Below are positions 37,526 to 48,248 of a stretch of 64,000 nucleotides of DNA, in pieces. Within the stretch, counting starts at the first letter, position 1. Every line of letters starts with the position of its first letter. The stretch is from Nitrososphaerota archaeon. GTDB lineage: Archaea > Thermoproteota > Nitrososphaeria > PSMU01. The position numbers were made by a program, and so were the translations under genes. The notes under the pieces were generated by a model. That model was not told where the DNA came from and searched no databases. It worked only from the letters and a program-made list of their open reading frames with translations. The stretch covers positions 128,001-192,000 of the forward strand of contig PSMU01000001.1 of NCBI GenBank assembly GCA_040290255.1, given 5' to 3'.

Positions 37526-38440
37526 TTACCCCACCCTCTTGTTAGTAGCCCTTTCGCTAAGGAGCTGCGCAGCCCTTTCCGCAAGGGCCCTGTCGCCCTC
37601 CTCATAGCGCCAATAGCCAATTTTTGAGTAGAACTCCTCCCTGGTCGTCATCCTGGAGAGAAGCGTAGCCTGGCTCCCCGTCCGTTTGAGCTCCATCAGC
37701 CCCTCCTCCATGGCCTTGGAGGCCAAGCGAAAGAGCGTGACAGGATAGATCACCAGCTGATAGCCCAGCTGCGCGAAGGTGCTAAAGGGGATATATGGGG
37801 TCTTGCCGAACTCCGTCATGTTGGCGAGCAGGGGTCCCTTGACCTCCTTCCTGAACCTCTCGAACTCCTCAACCGACTCCAGGGCCTCGGGGAAGATGAT
37901 GTCCGCGCCCGCCTCCTTGTAAAGCTGCGCCCTCCAGATGGCATCCTCCAGCCCGTTCACGGCCCTTGCATCCGTCCTCGCCACGATGAGGAAGTCCTCG
38001 CTCCTCCTGGCGTCCAGGGCCGCCATGATCTTCTCTACCATCTCCTTCGGGCCCACCACCCTCTTATGTGCCAAATGCCCGCACTTCTTCGGCATCTCCT
38101 GATCCTCGATCTGGATGGCGGCGGCGCCGGCGGCCTCAAGCTCCTTTACGGCTCTGGCCACGTTGATCGCTTCCCCAAAGCCGGTGTCCGCATCTACTAT
38201 TACCGGTATATCCACCACATACGCTATTCTCCTCACCATCTCGGCGATCTCGCTCAGCGTGAGCAGTCCAAGGTCAGGCAGCGCCATGCTGCCCGAAAAC
38301 GCCGCGCCGCTCAGATAGCAGGCCTTGAAGCCCGCCTGCTTTACGAGCAGGGCAGAGTAGGGGCTAAAGACGCCTACGACCATCTGAGGCTCCTGGAGCA
38401 GCTCCGTTAGACTTGAAGCCCTTTGGCTAGGCCGACGCAA
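37526..38440 (-). CDS. prpB: Methylisocitrate lyase
   Basis: 'LPDLG', 'DADTGFG', 'KKCGH', 'ANMTEFGKTP'. Confidence 0.93.
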   Translation of the reverse strand: MRRPSQRASSLTELLQEPQMVVGVFSPYSALLVKQAGFKACYLSGAAFSGSMALPDLGLLTLSEIAEMVRRIAYVVDIPVIVDADTGFGEAINVARAVKELEAAGAAAIQIEDQEMPKKCGHLAHKRVVGPKEMVEKIMAALDARRSEDFLIVARTDARAVNGLEDAIWRAQLYKEAGADIIFPEALESVEEFERFRKEVKGPLLANMTEFGKTPYIPFSTFAQLGYQLVIYPVTLFRLASKAMEEGLMELKRTGSQATLLSRMTTREEFYSKIGYWRYEEGDRALAERAAQLLSERATNKRVG

Positions 38441-39818
38441 CCTTACCCCTCACATCTAGCAGGCCTATCACCTTGCTTATGTTACTCACCCCCTCCAGAT
38501 TAAAGACCAGCCCTGCCAGCCGCTCGGCCCCTTCCTTGCCAATGACGGGCATGGCCAGCCTGTTGAACTTTTCCAGAACCCTCTGATCCTCAACGGGTCG
38601 CTGCGGATGGCCCGGCGCGTGGTCGACCCTTATCTCAAGCACGGCGTTCTCCTTGGTCCTCACCTTAATGTGCGTCGGAAAGGCCTTGGGGTAGAGCGAT
38701 GAGAATTCGCGCGATTCCGTGACCTTCATTTTCCTGAGGAGCTCGTTCACGGTTTCGTCCTTAAACATCCTCTCGTTAAAGTCTCCGATCCATATATCAC
38801 CCTTGGCCAGGCAGACGGCCACGCAATAAGGCAGGCTGTGGTCCGCCGTCTCTCGCGTCTTAGGGGCCCACTTCTCGGGGTCCTTTACGATTATCTCGTA
38901 GGCCGCATCGAAGGTCTCTATATCTATGCGCTCGATCCTATCGGGCCGCAGTCCCCTCTTCCAGAGCTGCAGCGCCCCATCGACGGCGGTCTGGGCATGG
39001 TACTCCACGGGATAGAACTTCATATAGCTCTCCAAAATCTTCGAGGGCGGCCTCTTGCCCATTCCCTCTAGGGCCGAGTAATCGAAATACTTTGCCACGA
39101 GCTTGATGAAGGCCATCTCGCCCTCGAAGGGCTGGAAGGGACCCGTGAAGCCCTCCTTGGCCAGAAGGCAGGCGAAGACCGCATTTCTGCTCGAATTGGC
39201 GGCCGCAGCCCCCTTCCACATAGAAAGTTCCCCAACCCTCGTCTGGCGCATGGACGCGTGAGGCACTATATAGATGGAGATGGCGTTGCTTATCTGCTCT
39301 TGGCTGAGGTCGAGCAGCCTGGCTACGGCCGCGAGGGCGCCCAGGCCTAGGAAGTTGACATGGTCCCAGCCCATCTTCCTCAGCGAGGTCGCGTCACAGA
39401 GCCTCATGGCGACTTCGTAACCGGTGGCTATGGCCGCTATGAGCTCCTTTCCTCCCTTTCCCGCCGCCTCGCAGGCCGCTAGGGCGGCAGGGATTAGGTC
39501 GCTGGGATGTAGCGGCTCTCTTGAGAGATAGGTGTCGTTAAAGTCCAGATATCTAACTGCCACGCCGTTGGCGAACGCGGCCCATTCAATCGGCACGGTT
39601 TCAAGCGTACCGAAGAGGCTTGCCCCTGCCTTTATCCCTGCATATCTTGCCGCGGCCCTTCGGGCTAAGCTGGGCGCGGGCTCCTGGAGCGCCGCGAGGG
39701 CGCAGCCCAAAGAGTCCAGGACCCTCCTCTTTACTTCCCTCACCACTTCAGGGCTTAGATCCGTGTAGGAGGTCCCGGCGATGTATTCGGAGAGAAACTG
39801 CGAGATCCTATCGCTCAT
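38427..39818 (-). CDS. prpD: 2-methylcitrate dehydratase (MmgE/PrpD)
   Basis: 'RYLDFNDT', 'HPSD', 'WDHV', 'SMWKG', 'RETADHSLPY'. Confidence 0.92.
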   Translation of the reverse strand: MSDRISQFLSEYIAGTSYTDLSPEVVREVKRRVLDSLGCALAALQEPAPSLARRAAARYAGIKAGASLFGTLETVPIEWAAFANGVAVRYLDFNDTYLSREPLHPSDLIPAALAACEAAGKGGKELIAAIATGYEVAMRLCDATSLRKMGWDHVNFLGLGALAAVARLLDLSQEQISNAISIYIVPHASMRQTRVGELSMWKGAAAANSSRNAVFACLLAKEGFTGPFQPFEGEMAFIKLVAKYFDYSALEGMGKRPPSKILESYMKFYPVEYHAQTAVDGALQLWKRGLRPDRIERIDIETFDAAYEIIVKDPEKWAPKTRETADHSLPYCVAVCLAKGDIWIGDFNERMFKDETVNELLRKMKVTESREFSSLYPKAFPTHIKVRTKENAVLEIRVDHAPGHPQRPVEDQRVLEKFNRLAMPVIGKEGAERLAGLVFNLEGVSNISKVIGLLDVRGKVASA

Positions 39819-39881
39819 GCCAGGCCCGCTCGCGCAACTATTATAAAAGGAAAAATATGAGTGTGTGCAACCTAGGGCACC

Positions 39882-41666
39882 GTGGAGTCGGCCCTTTTGC
39901 TGAAAGGAGACGAGTTGGAGAAGAGGGCGCAGTTCTGGGGCGCTATCCTCTCCGAGCTGAGGGAGAGGAGGAAGAGGGTTGCGGAGCCCTATGATGCTGA
40001 GGCCATTGAGCGGCTAAGAAAGGAGGAGGAGAGATGGCTGAGCCAGGTCTATGGGCCCTCGCTCACAGAGGGGGAGAGGAGGCCCGCCTTTCAGACCACG
40101 TCGGGCATAACCGTTAAGCCGCTCTATACGCCCGCGGATATAGCCCATATTAGCTATACGGAGCAGTTGGGCTTTCCTGGGGCCTACCCCTATACAAGGG
40201 GCGTTTATCCCAGCATGTACAGAGGAAGGCTTTGGACGATCAGGCTCTTCTCCGGCTTTGGCTCGCCCGAGGATACCAACAGGCGCCTTAAGATGCTCCT
40301 GCAGGAGGGAGAGACAGGGCTCAGCATCGCCTTTGACATGCCCACGCTCTACGGCTATGACCCCGACAGCCCCAGGGCGTATGGGGAGGTGGGCAAGTGC
40401 GGCGTCTCCGTCGGCTCCCTTAAGGATATGGAGATCATCCTTGACGGGATACCGCTGGACCGCGTCTCCACATCGATGACGATCAACGCGCCTGCCGTGG
40501 TGCTCTTGGCTATGTACGCCGCCGTGGCGGAAAAGCAGGGCGTTCCGTTGAACAGGCTAAGGGGCACGATTCAGGCCGATATACTGAAGGAGTACATAGC
40601 GCAGAAGGAGTGGATCTTTCCTCCCGAGGCCCACCTCAGGATCATAAGGGATATGATGGTCTTCTGCACCAAACATATGCCCCTTTGGCACTATCTAAGC
40701 GTCAGCGGCTACCATATCAGGGAGGCGGGGGCCTCGGCCCTACAGGAGTTGGCCTTCACGTTAATGGACGGTTTCACATACGTTGACCTGGGCAGGAGGG
40801 CGGGCCTCTCCGTCGATGAGTTCGCCCCCAGGCTCTCCTTCTTCTTCAACGCCACGATGAACTTCTTCGAGGAGATCGCCAAGTTTAGGGCCGCCAGGAG
40901 GATATGGGCGCGCGTGATGAAGGAGTTTTATCAGGCCAAGAACCCTCGGAGCCTGCTGCTCCGGTTTCACACGCAGACTTCGGGGGCCTCGCTGACTTGG
41001 CAGCAGCCGCTGAATAACATCATCAGGACCACCATAGAGGCACTGGCCGCCGTGCTGGGAGGCACGCAGTCCCTTCACACAAACTCCTACGATGAAGCCT
41101 GGGCCCTGCCCACGGAGGAGGCGGCGCGGATCGCGCTCAGGACGCAACAGATCATTGCCCATGAAACGGGCATCGCGGATGTTATAGACCCCTTGGCGGG
41201 CTCTTATTACTTAGAGTGGCTCACGGAGCAGCTCGAGGAGGGGGCATACCAGTACTTCCTCAAGATAGATGAAATGGGCGGGATCCTGGAGGCAATTGAG
41301 AGCGGTTACCTGCAGAGGGAGATCCACGAAACGGCCTATCGGTACCAGAGGGCCGTGGAGCAGGGCCGCGAGATAATCGTAGGGGTAAACAGCTATGTAA
41401 TCCCGGAGGAGCCCAGGGTTAACTACCTTAAGATAGATGAGGAGGTTCAGAGGAGGCAGATCGAGAGGATTCAGAGGCTAAGGCAGGAGAGGGACAACGT
41501 GAAGGTGAGGGAGTGCCTGGAGAAGGTTAGAAGGGCCTTCGAGGACCCCAGCGTAAACTGTGTGCCACCCATCCTGGAGGCCGTCAAGGCCTATGCGACG
41601 CTGCAGGAGATCATGGACGTGGGTAGGGAGGTCTTCGGGACTTGGTCCGAGCCCTCGTTCCTTTAG
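39882..41666 (+). CDS. Methylmalonyl-CoA mutase, substrate-binding subunit
   Basis: '[15 protein letters not shown]', 'SGYHIREAG', 'HTQTSG', '[14 protein letters not shown]'. Confidence 0.92.
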   Translation: MESALLLKGDELEKRAQFWGAILSELRERRKRVAEPYDAEAIERLRKEEERWLSQVYGPSLTEGERRPAFQTTSGITVKPLYTPADIAHISYTEQLGFPGAYPYTRGVYPSMYRGRLWTIRLFSGFGSPEDTNRRLKMLLQEGETGLSIAFDMPTLYGYDPDSPRAYGEVGKCGVSVGSLKDMEIILDGIPLDRVSTSMTINAPAVVLLAMYAAVAEKQGVPLNRLRGTIQADILKEYIAQKEWIFPPEAHLRIIRDMMVFCTKHMPLWHYLSVSGYHIREAGASALQELAFTLMDGFTYVDLGRRAGLSVDEFAPRLSFFFNATMNFFEEIAKFRAARRIWARVMKEFYQAKNPRSLLLRFHTQTSGASLTWQQPLNNIIRTTIEALAAVLGGTQSLHTNSYDEAWALPTEEAARIALRTQQIIAHETGIADVIDPLAGSYYLEWLTEQLEEGAYQYFLKIDEMGGILEAIESGYLQREIHETAYRYQRAVEQGREIIVGVNSYVIPEEPRVNYLKIDEEVQRRQIERIQRLRQERDNVKVRECLEKVRRAFEDPSVNCVPPILEAVKAYATLQEIMDVGREVFGTWSEPSFL

Positions 41667-41687
41667 CGCCATGCGCGCGAGCTGGCC

Positions 41688-42143
41688 TTGAGCGGATCAG
41701 CTGAAAGGATAGAGAGGGTTGTGCCCGAGGGCCGAAGGATAAGGGTACTGCTGGCCAAGCCGGCCCTGGATGGGCACGACAGGGGGCTCCTGATACTTGC
41801 GCGGGCCTTCAGGGATGCGGGCTTCGAAGTCATTTACGGCGGGATCCTCAGATCGCCCGAGGAGGTAGTCGAAATAGCCATACAGGAGGACGTAGATGTC
41901 GTCGCCCTGAGCCTTCATAATAATGCCCACATACCGGCCTTTATCAAGGTCGCTCAGCTACTCAGGGAAAGGGGGGCTTCGGATATAGTGGTGGTGGGCG
42001 GCGGCATAATACCCCCTGAGGACAAACCCATCCTGGAGAAGTGGGGGATAACGGGCAACTTCGGGCCTGGTACGCCGTTGAAGGTCATCATAGAGCACAT
42101 CTTGGAGAGAGTAAAGAAGGAGAGGTGGAAGCTCAAGCCTTAA
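41688..42143 (+). CDS. Methylmalonyl-CoA mutase, cobalamin-binding subunit
   Basis: 'DGHDRG' B12 motif, 'QEDVD', 'GGGIIP', 'FGPGT'. Confidence 0.92.
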   Translation: MSGSAERIERVVPEGRRIRVLLAKPALDGHDRGLLILARAFRDAGFEVIYGGILRSPEEVVEIAIQEDVDVVALSLHNNAHIPAFIKVAQLLRERGASDIVVVGGGIIPPEDKPILEKWGITGNFGPGTPLKVIIEHILERVKKERWKLKP

Positions 42144-42188
42144 GGGCGGCTTATCAGCCTTATTAAGCCAGCAGGGCGAACGCGCGGC

Positions 42189-43418
42189 GTGCGCTCCGTT
42201 ACCTCCAGCGTCAAGGCCCTAGAGGAGCGGGAGGCCCCCTCTTGGCTGCGCCGCGCCAGGTCCAGGATAGGAATCGTTAAGAGGGCGATCTACTTCGACA
42301 ACGCTGGCGCGGGCCCCCTCTCCAGCGACGTGCGCAGGGCGGCCATCGAGTTCCTGGAGCTCTGGGATCGCGAGGGCGAGCCCTGGGAGGTAGCGCTCGA
42401 GCATATCGTGGAGGCCAGGGCGCTCTTCGCAAAGTTCGTGGGCGCCACGAAGGACCAGGTGGCCGCGGTCCCCAACGTCTCCACCGGCCTGAACGCGCTT
42501 CTGTCCTCATTGGAGCTGAAGGGGGAAGCTAACGCGGTGGCGAGCCCGCTGAATTTCCCCACGGGCATATTCGCCCTTCACGCGCTAAGGCAGAGGGGGC
42601 TGCTTAGGGAGGTAAGGTTAGCCCAGCGGAGGGGAGGCGCGGTGGGCCTGGAGGAGTATGAGCGCCTGATCGATGACCAAACCAGGATCGTGCTCGTGGA
42701 CTATGTCTCATGGATCACGGGGTTCAGGGAACATATAAGGGAGCTGGCAGGACTGGCGCACGCACATGGCGCGCGCCTGATCGTCGATGCCTTCCATCTC
42801 GTGGGCGTGATGCCCCTGGACGTTGCAAGGGATGGAATAGATGCCTTGCTCTGCGGGGCCTACAAGTGGCTGTTGGGCCTTCACGGCGCCGCCTTCGTCT
42901 ATCTCGCACGGGAACTGCTGGAGGGGCTAAGGCCCATGCTCGCGGGCTGGCACTCGATAGCGGATTCCGTCATAGATAGGATGGCAAGAAGGGAGGAGGT
43001 CTTCGCCAGGTCCTTCGATATATCGGACTACAAGAGGGCCGAGGACGCGAAGGTCCTCGAGTGGGGAACCTGGCCCGCCATCGCCTTTGAAGGGACCCTG
43101 GCCGCCCTAAAGATGCTGGAGGCCTTCGAGGTACCTCAGCGCTACGACGGACATACATACCGCTTAACGGAGGAGCTGCTGGAGGGCCTTGAGGGCCTCG
43201 GGCTGAGGGTCCTGACGCCTCGAGAGAGAAGGGCCGCGATCGTCTGCTTCGAGTTTCGCGACTCCCATGTTTTGGTCAGGAAGCTCCGCGAGAGGGGGAT
43301 CATCGTTTCGGCGCGGCCCGGCCTCATCAGGGTCTCACCGCACTTCTATAATACGGAGCAGGAGGTCCATGCCTTCTTGGAGGTCTTGGCCCAGGAGCTA
43401 AAGTCCCTTAGGCAATAG
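42189..43418 (+). CDS. Class V PLP aminotransferase (kynureninase/cysteine desulfurase-like)
   Basis: 'YFDNAGAGP', 'VDAFH', 'GAYKWLLG', 'RVSPHFYN'. Confidence 0.85.
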   Translation: MRSVTSSVKALEEREAPSWLRRARSRIGIVKRAIYFDNAGAGPLSSDVRRAAIEFLELWDREGEPWEVALEHIVEARALFAKFVGATKDQVAAVPNVSTGLNALLSSLELKGEANAVASPLNFPTGIFALHALRQRGLLREVRLAQRRGGAVGLEEYERLIDDQTRIVLVDYVSWITGFREHIRELAGLAHAHGARLIVDAFHLVGVMPLDVARDGIDALLCGAYKWLLGLHGAAFVYLARELLEGLRPMLAGWHSIADSVIDRMARREEVFARSFDISDYKRAEDAKVLEWGTWPAIAFEGTLAALKMLEAFEVPQRYDGHTYRLTEELLEGLEGLGLRVLTPRERRAAIVCFEFRDSHVLVRKLRERGIIVSARPGLIRVSPHFYNTEQEVHAFLEVLAQELKSLRQ

Positions 43419-43477
43419 GCCTTCTGAACGGCTACAGGCGCTATCGAAGGGATTGCCTATGGGGCCGAGCTATGGGA

Positions 43478-43498
43478 CGGGTAGGGGAAAACTGCCCG
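43478..43498. terminator. GC-rich hairpin between convergent genes
   Basis: CGGGTAG-GGGAAAA-CTGCCCG, 7-bp stem with one G:U pair. Confidence 0.3.
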
Positions 43499-43502
43499 GC
43501 GA

Positions 43503-44222
43503 TCAGGGCGTCAGGCCAAAGTAAAGCCTCCTGTTATTCCTGCCCTTATTTTCGACCCTTAGCAGGACGATCCTTCCCACCTCACCGGTATTGCTCACGT
43601 GAGGCCCTCCGTCGGCCTGGACGTCTACCCCCTCTATCTCCACCACCCTGAGCATGGAGACCTCGGGCGGCATCCTGCCCGCCAGCTTCACCATGCCGGG
43701 CCTTGACAGCGCCTCGTCCCTGGTAAGGTAGTACACCTTCACGGGCCTGTTCCTGCTGAGCTCGGCGTTGGCCTCCTCAATGCAGGAGTTAATTATGGCT
43801 CTATCGAAGGCCTTGAAGCTGAAGTCTACCCTGGCCCCCTCGGGGCTTACGTTATTGCCGGTGATGAGCGCCTCCTCCCTCCTTAGGATCACCGCCGCCA
43901 GGACGTGCAGGGCCGTGTGTAACCTCATGAGCTTGTACCTCCTCTCCCAGTCCAAAACCCCCCGGACGTGGGAAGTCGCCGGGGGCAGGCCTGGGTCGGT
44001 TAAGTGCCACACGCCATCATCGGAGAGCACCGCTTCCTTAACCCTCACCTCGCCGCCCGGGAACGATAGCGAGCCCATGTCCGTTTCGAGCCCCCCTCCC
44101 TTGGGGTGAAAGCAGGTCCTGTCCAGCAGGACGCCCTTGGAGCCCACTTCCAACACATTGGCCTCAAACTCCTTCAGGTAGGAGTCGTCCATGTAAAGGA
44201 GCTCGGTGCGGCCCTGCTTCAA
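43503..44222 (-). CDS. alaXM: Alanyl-tRNA editing protein AlaX-M
   Basis: 'LYMDDSYL', 'FHPKGGG..D.G', 'RLHTALH', 'QADGGPH'. Confidence 0.9.
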   Translation of the reverse strand: MKQGRTELLYMDDSYLKEFEANVLEVGSKGVLLDRTCFHPKGGGLETDMGSLSFPGGEVRVKEAVLSDDGVWHLTDPGLPPATSHVRGVLDWERRYKLMRLHTALHVLAAVILRREEALITGNNVSPEGARVDFSFKAFDRAIINSCIEEANAELSRNRPVKVYYLTRDEALSRPGMVKLAGRMPPEVSMLRVVEIEGVDVQADGGPHVSNTGEVGRIVLLRVENKGRNNRRLYFGLTP

Positions 44223-44272
44223 CGCCCCGGTTGGTTGGCGATGTGGCTTAAAGGCTTTGGGCCTCGCGCCCC

Positions 44273-44926
44273 TCAGATGTGATGGACGCCCCCCAGCAGG
44301 GCATTGATGAGGTTGGTGGCCTTCTCCTGGCCTATCGTCGTATCGGGCCCGTGGCCTGGGTACACGCGCGTGTCATCGGGCAGGGTGAACAGCTTGCGCG
44401 TTATGGAGTCCGCCAGCAAAGGGAAGTTGCCGCCCGGCGTATCGGTCCTGCCCACGGAGCCGGCGAAGAGCGTGTCGCCGCTGAAGAGCAGGCCGTTGCC
44501 CAGCAGGCAGATGCTCCCGGGCGAATGGCCAGGGGTATGTAGGACCTTAAAGGCATAGGGGCCCACCTTAAACTCATCCCCCTCCTTCATATAGTAGTCC
44601 ACGCGGGGCGGCGGCCCTACTTCGAGGCCCAAGAGCTGCTTTACCCTCTGCTGCATGGAGGCAAGGATGGGCGCGTCCGAGCCATGAAGATAAAACGGGG
44701 CCCCCGTTTCCATGCGGAGGACATCGACGGCCAGCACATGGTCAAAGTGGCCATGCGTGGCGATGATGGCCTTGAGCCTAAGCCCCTCCTGCTTTAGGGC
44801 CGCGAGCAGCGTCTCCGGCTCCCCTCCAGCATCTAAAAGCAGCGCTTCCCTAGATCCCTCATCAGCTATTATGTAGGCGTTGCTGGCCAGCAGCCCCACC
44901 GTAATCCTCTTCAGGACTAAGCCCAT
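44273..44926 (-). CDS. MBL-fold metallo-hydrolase (glyoxalase II-like)
   Basis: 'THGHFDH', 'TPGHSPG', 'FSGDTLF', 'PGHG'. Confidence 0.9.
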   Translation of the reverse strand: MGLVLKRITVGLLASNAYIIADEGSREALLLDAGGEPETLLAALKQEGLRLKAIIATHGHFDHVLAVDVLRMETGAPFYLHGSDAPILASMQQRVKQLLGLEVGPPPRVDYYMKEGDEFKVGPYAFKVLHTPGHSPGSICLLGNGLLFSGDTLFAGSVGRTDTPGGNFPLLADSITRKLFTLPDDTRVYPGHGPDTTIGQEKATNLINALLGGVHHI

Positions 44927-44961
44927 GGCCCTGTGGGCTTACATCGCAATTTAAGGCTTCT

Positions 44962-47178
44962 TTACCGGAAGTCCAAGAGACCCTTACCTCCGGAGACGGT
45001 AAGGCCCACGGCCTCCAGGATGCGCTCGCAGGCCGGGAGGAGCTGCTTCTCGGCATAATAGTCCAGGTCTACATCCTCGAGGCTCGCCTTGTAGTAGGGC
45101 CTGGCCCTATCGGAGACCCTTCCTTTCCCCTTCGCTATTACATAGCCTATGATGGTGCCGGGCACGATATCCCATCCTTCCCGCTTCATTTCGAGCGCGA
45201 CCTTGGTGTGGGCTCCTAGGGCCTGATAAGCTTCTAGGGGCCTCGTGATCTTCTCCCAGATGACCAACGCCGCCAGCGGCACCTTCCCTTCCCTTACCTG
45301 CTGGGCCATGCTCCTGGCCTCCTCCGCCGCTTCACCCGCCCTATCCCTCAGCACGAGCTCCAGCACGCGCAGCTGGGCCCTGCGGGCTGCCTTGCACCAG
45401 TCGCCCCGCACCGCCTCGAGGCCCACCACTTCTACTTTGTCGTCGACGAGCCCCCCATACTTCTTCTTCGCCTTCGTCAGGAGCAAGCGGCTGTACACCT
45501 TATCGATCCTGGCCTCGAGGCCCATCTCCTCCCTTATCCACCTGATCAGCTCCTCGATCGCCGCCCTAGCGCCCTTCACGAAGAGGGAGTCCGTGTCGCC
45601 ATAGAGCACCTCCAGCCCCAGCTCCCTCGCCCTTTCGGCCGAACTAGTAATGGCTTCCCTGCCCCAGGCAGCAATTGCCCTAGCTGCTTCGACGCTATAC
45701 CACCTGGCCGCGGGCCAGCCCAGGTAGCCGTACATGGCATTGGCAAGGAGCTTGAGCGCCCTCTGCTTAGCCTCAAACATCCTGCGCTCAACGCTGCCCT
45801 CCGGGAGGCGCTGGGCCAGGGCCTCCGCCTCCCTCCTGGCCTCTATCAACCTCGAAAGCAGGGAGGGCACAAACGCGTCCCCCCTTCTAAAGCCCACGCC
45901 CAGCCCCGGCGGCTTCTCCTCGCCGTTCTCCTCGATATTATCGAAGGAGACGTTGTGCTTGAGCATTATGCTCGGGTACATGGACTTAAAGTCTATGACG
46001 GCCACATCGCTGTACAGGCCCGGCCGGGGCTCGAACACGAACCCGCCTTCATAAGCATAGCCCGCGCGCCTGGGCCTCGGGGGGATGAGCTCCCCCCTCC
46101 TGACGGCCTCATACATCATATAATTCTCAACCCTAAAGCCCACCGAAGCCGAGAGCACATAATCGGCCGGCATGCCGGTGACCGAGGAGAGGGTGAGCAG
46201 ATAATCCTTTAACTCCTCGAAGAGGCGCAGGATCAGCCGTGCCCTTTCATCACAGAGCTGCGAGGCCCGGCCGGGGTCCTCCCTCGCCAACCTATACCAC
46301 TCCACCTCCGGCACTTCCTCGAGGCCCCGTTCCAAATTCATGTACTCCGCCATCTCCTCCAGCGTGTCGAGTTTAATCTCAGGTATCTCCTCGGCCAGGT
46401 CCTTCAGGTCCACGGCCAGCCTTCCCTCCACGGAGACGTGGCCGTAGACGCTCGTATGCGGCTCAGCGCCCATCCTTCCCAGCGCCAGGCGAAGGCCCAG
46501 AAGTCGGGCCCTGTGGGCCAGGTAGGGCAGGAGGAACTTGGTCCTGAAGCCCACGACTACATCGGCGTTCTCTTCCTCTATCCTCTGCACGAAGGAAATA
46601 AGCACTTGGTCCTCGGGGCCCGTTAGCCTCTCCAGGCCCCTACGCGACGCCAAGCTCAGCTGGACGACCGGGTCCCTATCCGGCCTGGGACTTCCACGCT
46701 CGGGCCTGATCACGGCCTCAAGGGCCACGACGTTAAGCTCCGGGAAAAGCCCCTCGACGTTAACCGGCTTCCCCTTGGCCACATACAGCTCAAGGCCGTC
46801 ATGGGTTCCCTCGAGCGCGGCCTCCAGCTCTACCCAAGAGGAGGGCCTGAGCCCCAGCGAGAGAAGGAATTTATGCGCTAAGCGTATATCGTGCTCGTAG
46901 GCGGTCCTGGCGTACTTCTTGGCCAGCCTCTCCGCCTCCTCCTCGTACTCCGCCCTCGCGGATATGACCAAGGAGGCCCTCGCTGGCTTTCCCCTCAGCT
47001 TCCTCTCCACGACGCTATGAGGCATCTGCTGATCATCGATGGGGGGCACGAGATAGTAGTAGGGCTTGAAGTCCAGGTACTTCACCAGCAGCCGGCTGTC
47101 CTCCTTCACGCACCAAAGGTAGATGACGGGCCCCCCCTCCTGCTGCTCCCCGGCCACGTCGAGAAGCCATGCCCTCAA
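44962..47178 (-). CDS. polB: Family B DNA polymerase (PolB3-like) with degenerate 3'-5' exonuclease motifs
   Basis: Intact 'DFKSMYPS', 'KLLANAMYGY', 'YGDTDS', 'KKKY'. Exo I reads 'ALE'; Exo II and III acidic residues not evident. Confidence 0.9.
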   Translation of the reverse strand: MRAWLLDVAGEQQEGGPVIYLWCVKEDSRLLVKYLDFKPYYYLVPPIDDQQMPHSVVERKLRGKPARASLVISARAEYEEEAERLAKKYARTAYEHDIRLAHKFLLSLGLRPSSWVELEAALEGTHDGLELYVAKGKPVNVEGLFPELNVVALEAVIRPERGSPRPDRDPVVQLSLASRRGLERLTGPEDQVLISFVQRIEEENADVVVGFRTKFLLPYLAHRARLLGLRLALGRMGAEPHTSVYGHVSVEGRLAVDLKDLAEEIPEIKLDTLEEMAEYMNLERGLEEVPEVEWYRLAREDPGRASQLCDERARLILRLFEELKDYLLTLSSVTGMPADYVLSASVGFRVENYMMYEAVRRGELIPPRPRRAGYAYEGGFVFEPRPGLYSDVAVIDFKSMYPSIMLKHNVSFDNIEENGEEKPPGLGVGFRRGDAFVPSLLSRLIEARREAEALAQRLPEGSVERRMFEAKQRALKLLANAMYGYLGWPAARWYSVEAARAIAAWGREAITSSAERARELGLEVLYGDTDSLFVKGARAAIEELIRWIREEMGLEARIDKVYSRLLLTKAKKKYGGLVDDKVEVVGLEAVRGDWCKAARRAQLRVLELVLRDRAGEAAEEARSMAQQVREGKVPLAALVIWEKITRPLEAYQALGAHTKVALEMKREGWDIVPGTIIGYVIAKGKGRVSDRARPYYKASLEDVDLDYYAEKQLLPACERILEAVGLTVSGGKGLLDFR

Positions 47179-47236
47179 GGCCCCTGCGCCTTAGGGGCGC
47201 GCGATGCGTTTATACCTTCCCCTCGGGCAGGGCGCA

Positions 47237-48238
47237 TCACTCAAGTATGAAGGAGGACTTGGCAGGAGCGGGGCCCAGCGGTACGGCATCGAAGCCCATC
47301 CTCCTCAGCTGCCCTGCGAGCTCGGCCACAAAGCCATGCACCGTGTAGACCCTCTCCGGGGAGCACTCCTTGATGAACGAGATGAGCTCCTCAAAGTCGC
47401 AGTGGTCGCTGAGGGGGAGGACGCAGTCCACGCCGAACCTGGCGGCCGCATCGGGCTCCGCGCCCCACCCGCTGAAGGCGATGGTAAGGGGCGCGAGGCC
47501 CAGCAGGCGCCTTATTCGCTCGGCGAGCTCCCTTGCCTGAGAGAGGGATGCTATGCCCAGCCAGGGACCCCTGGCCAGCCCCTCGTTGGCAAGCGCCCCT
47601 TCAAGGGAAGGGGCCTCGGGCAGCTCCACGCCCAGCGCCCGATAAGCCCTGTTAAACCTAAGCACCCTGTCCGAGATGTACAGGTGGGGCTCCCAGACCG
47701 AGAAAAAGTAGCTGAGGATCTGCGACTTGCCCAGAGGGTAGCCCAGCAGCAACACCGGCAGGCCCTGTGAGAAGGCGGCATCGATCAATTCGTTGGTCCT
47801 GTCCATGATCCACGTCAGGGCAGGAAAACGGTACCTGGGCCTGCCGTAGGTGGCCTCCACTATGAGGATACGGCACGGAACCGGCTTAGCGCTGGGCATG
47901 AAGCCCCTTGGCCTGCCGGCTATGTCGCCCGTATAGTACAAGAGGTCGTCGAGGAGGATGCCCGTGGAGCCGAGCATGTGTCCGGTCCTGTACAGCCTTC
48001 CCTCCTCCCTGGCCCCGTTGAGCGCGACGCCCTGCAGCCTAGCCAGCTTTACGGTCTCGGCGGAGGCGAGCACAAGGCCGCCGGGCGCCGGCATGCCAAG
48101 GTGATCGGTATGGGCATGCGAGTAGAAGAAGAGGTCGGCCGCCACGGGCGTCCTGGCATCAAGGGCTACCCTCCTTTGGCCTAGCTCGACCAGCAGCCCG
48201 CCCGCCTCGAGCCGCGTGACCCTGACGAGCTTGGGCAA
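47237..48238 (-). CDS. beta-CASP / SNM1-like MBL exonuclease
   Basis: 'SHAHTDH', 'GHMLGS', 'YTGD', 'EATYG', 'LGKSQ', 'LSDHCD', 'HG'. Confidence 0.82.
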   Translation of the reverse strand: MPKLVRVTRLEAGGLLVELGQRRVALDARTPVAADLFFYSHAHTDHLGMPAPGGLVLASAETVKLARLQGVALNGAREEGRLYRTGHMLGSTGILLDDLLYYTGDIAGRPRGFMPSAKPVPCRILIVEATYGRPRYRFPALTWIMDRTNELIDAAFSQGLPVLLLGYPLGKSQILSYFFSVWEPHLYISDRVLRFNRAYRALGVELPEAPSLEGALANEGLARGPWLGIASLSQARELAERIRRLLGLAPLTIAFSGWGAEPDAAARFGVDCVLPLSDHCDFEELISFIKECSPERVYTVHGFVAELAGQLRRMGFDAVPLGPAPAKSSFILE

Positions 48239-48248
48239 GGGCTCCCCC

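Noticed and set aside
43596-43620. AlaX Cys-to-Asp change (DGGPH) as novel
   Set aside because: To my knowledge this variant is common among TACK AlaX-M proteins.
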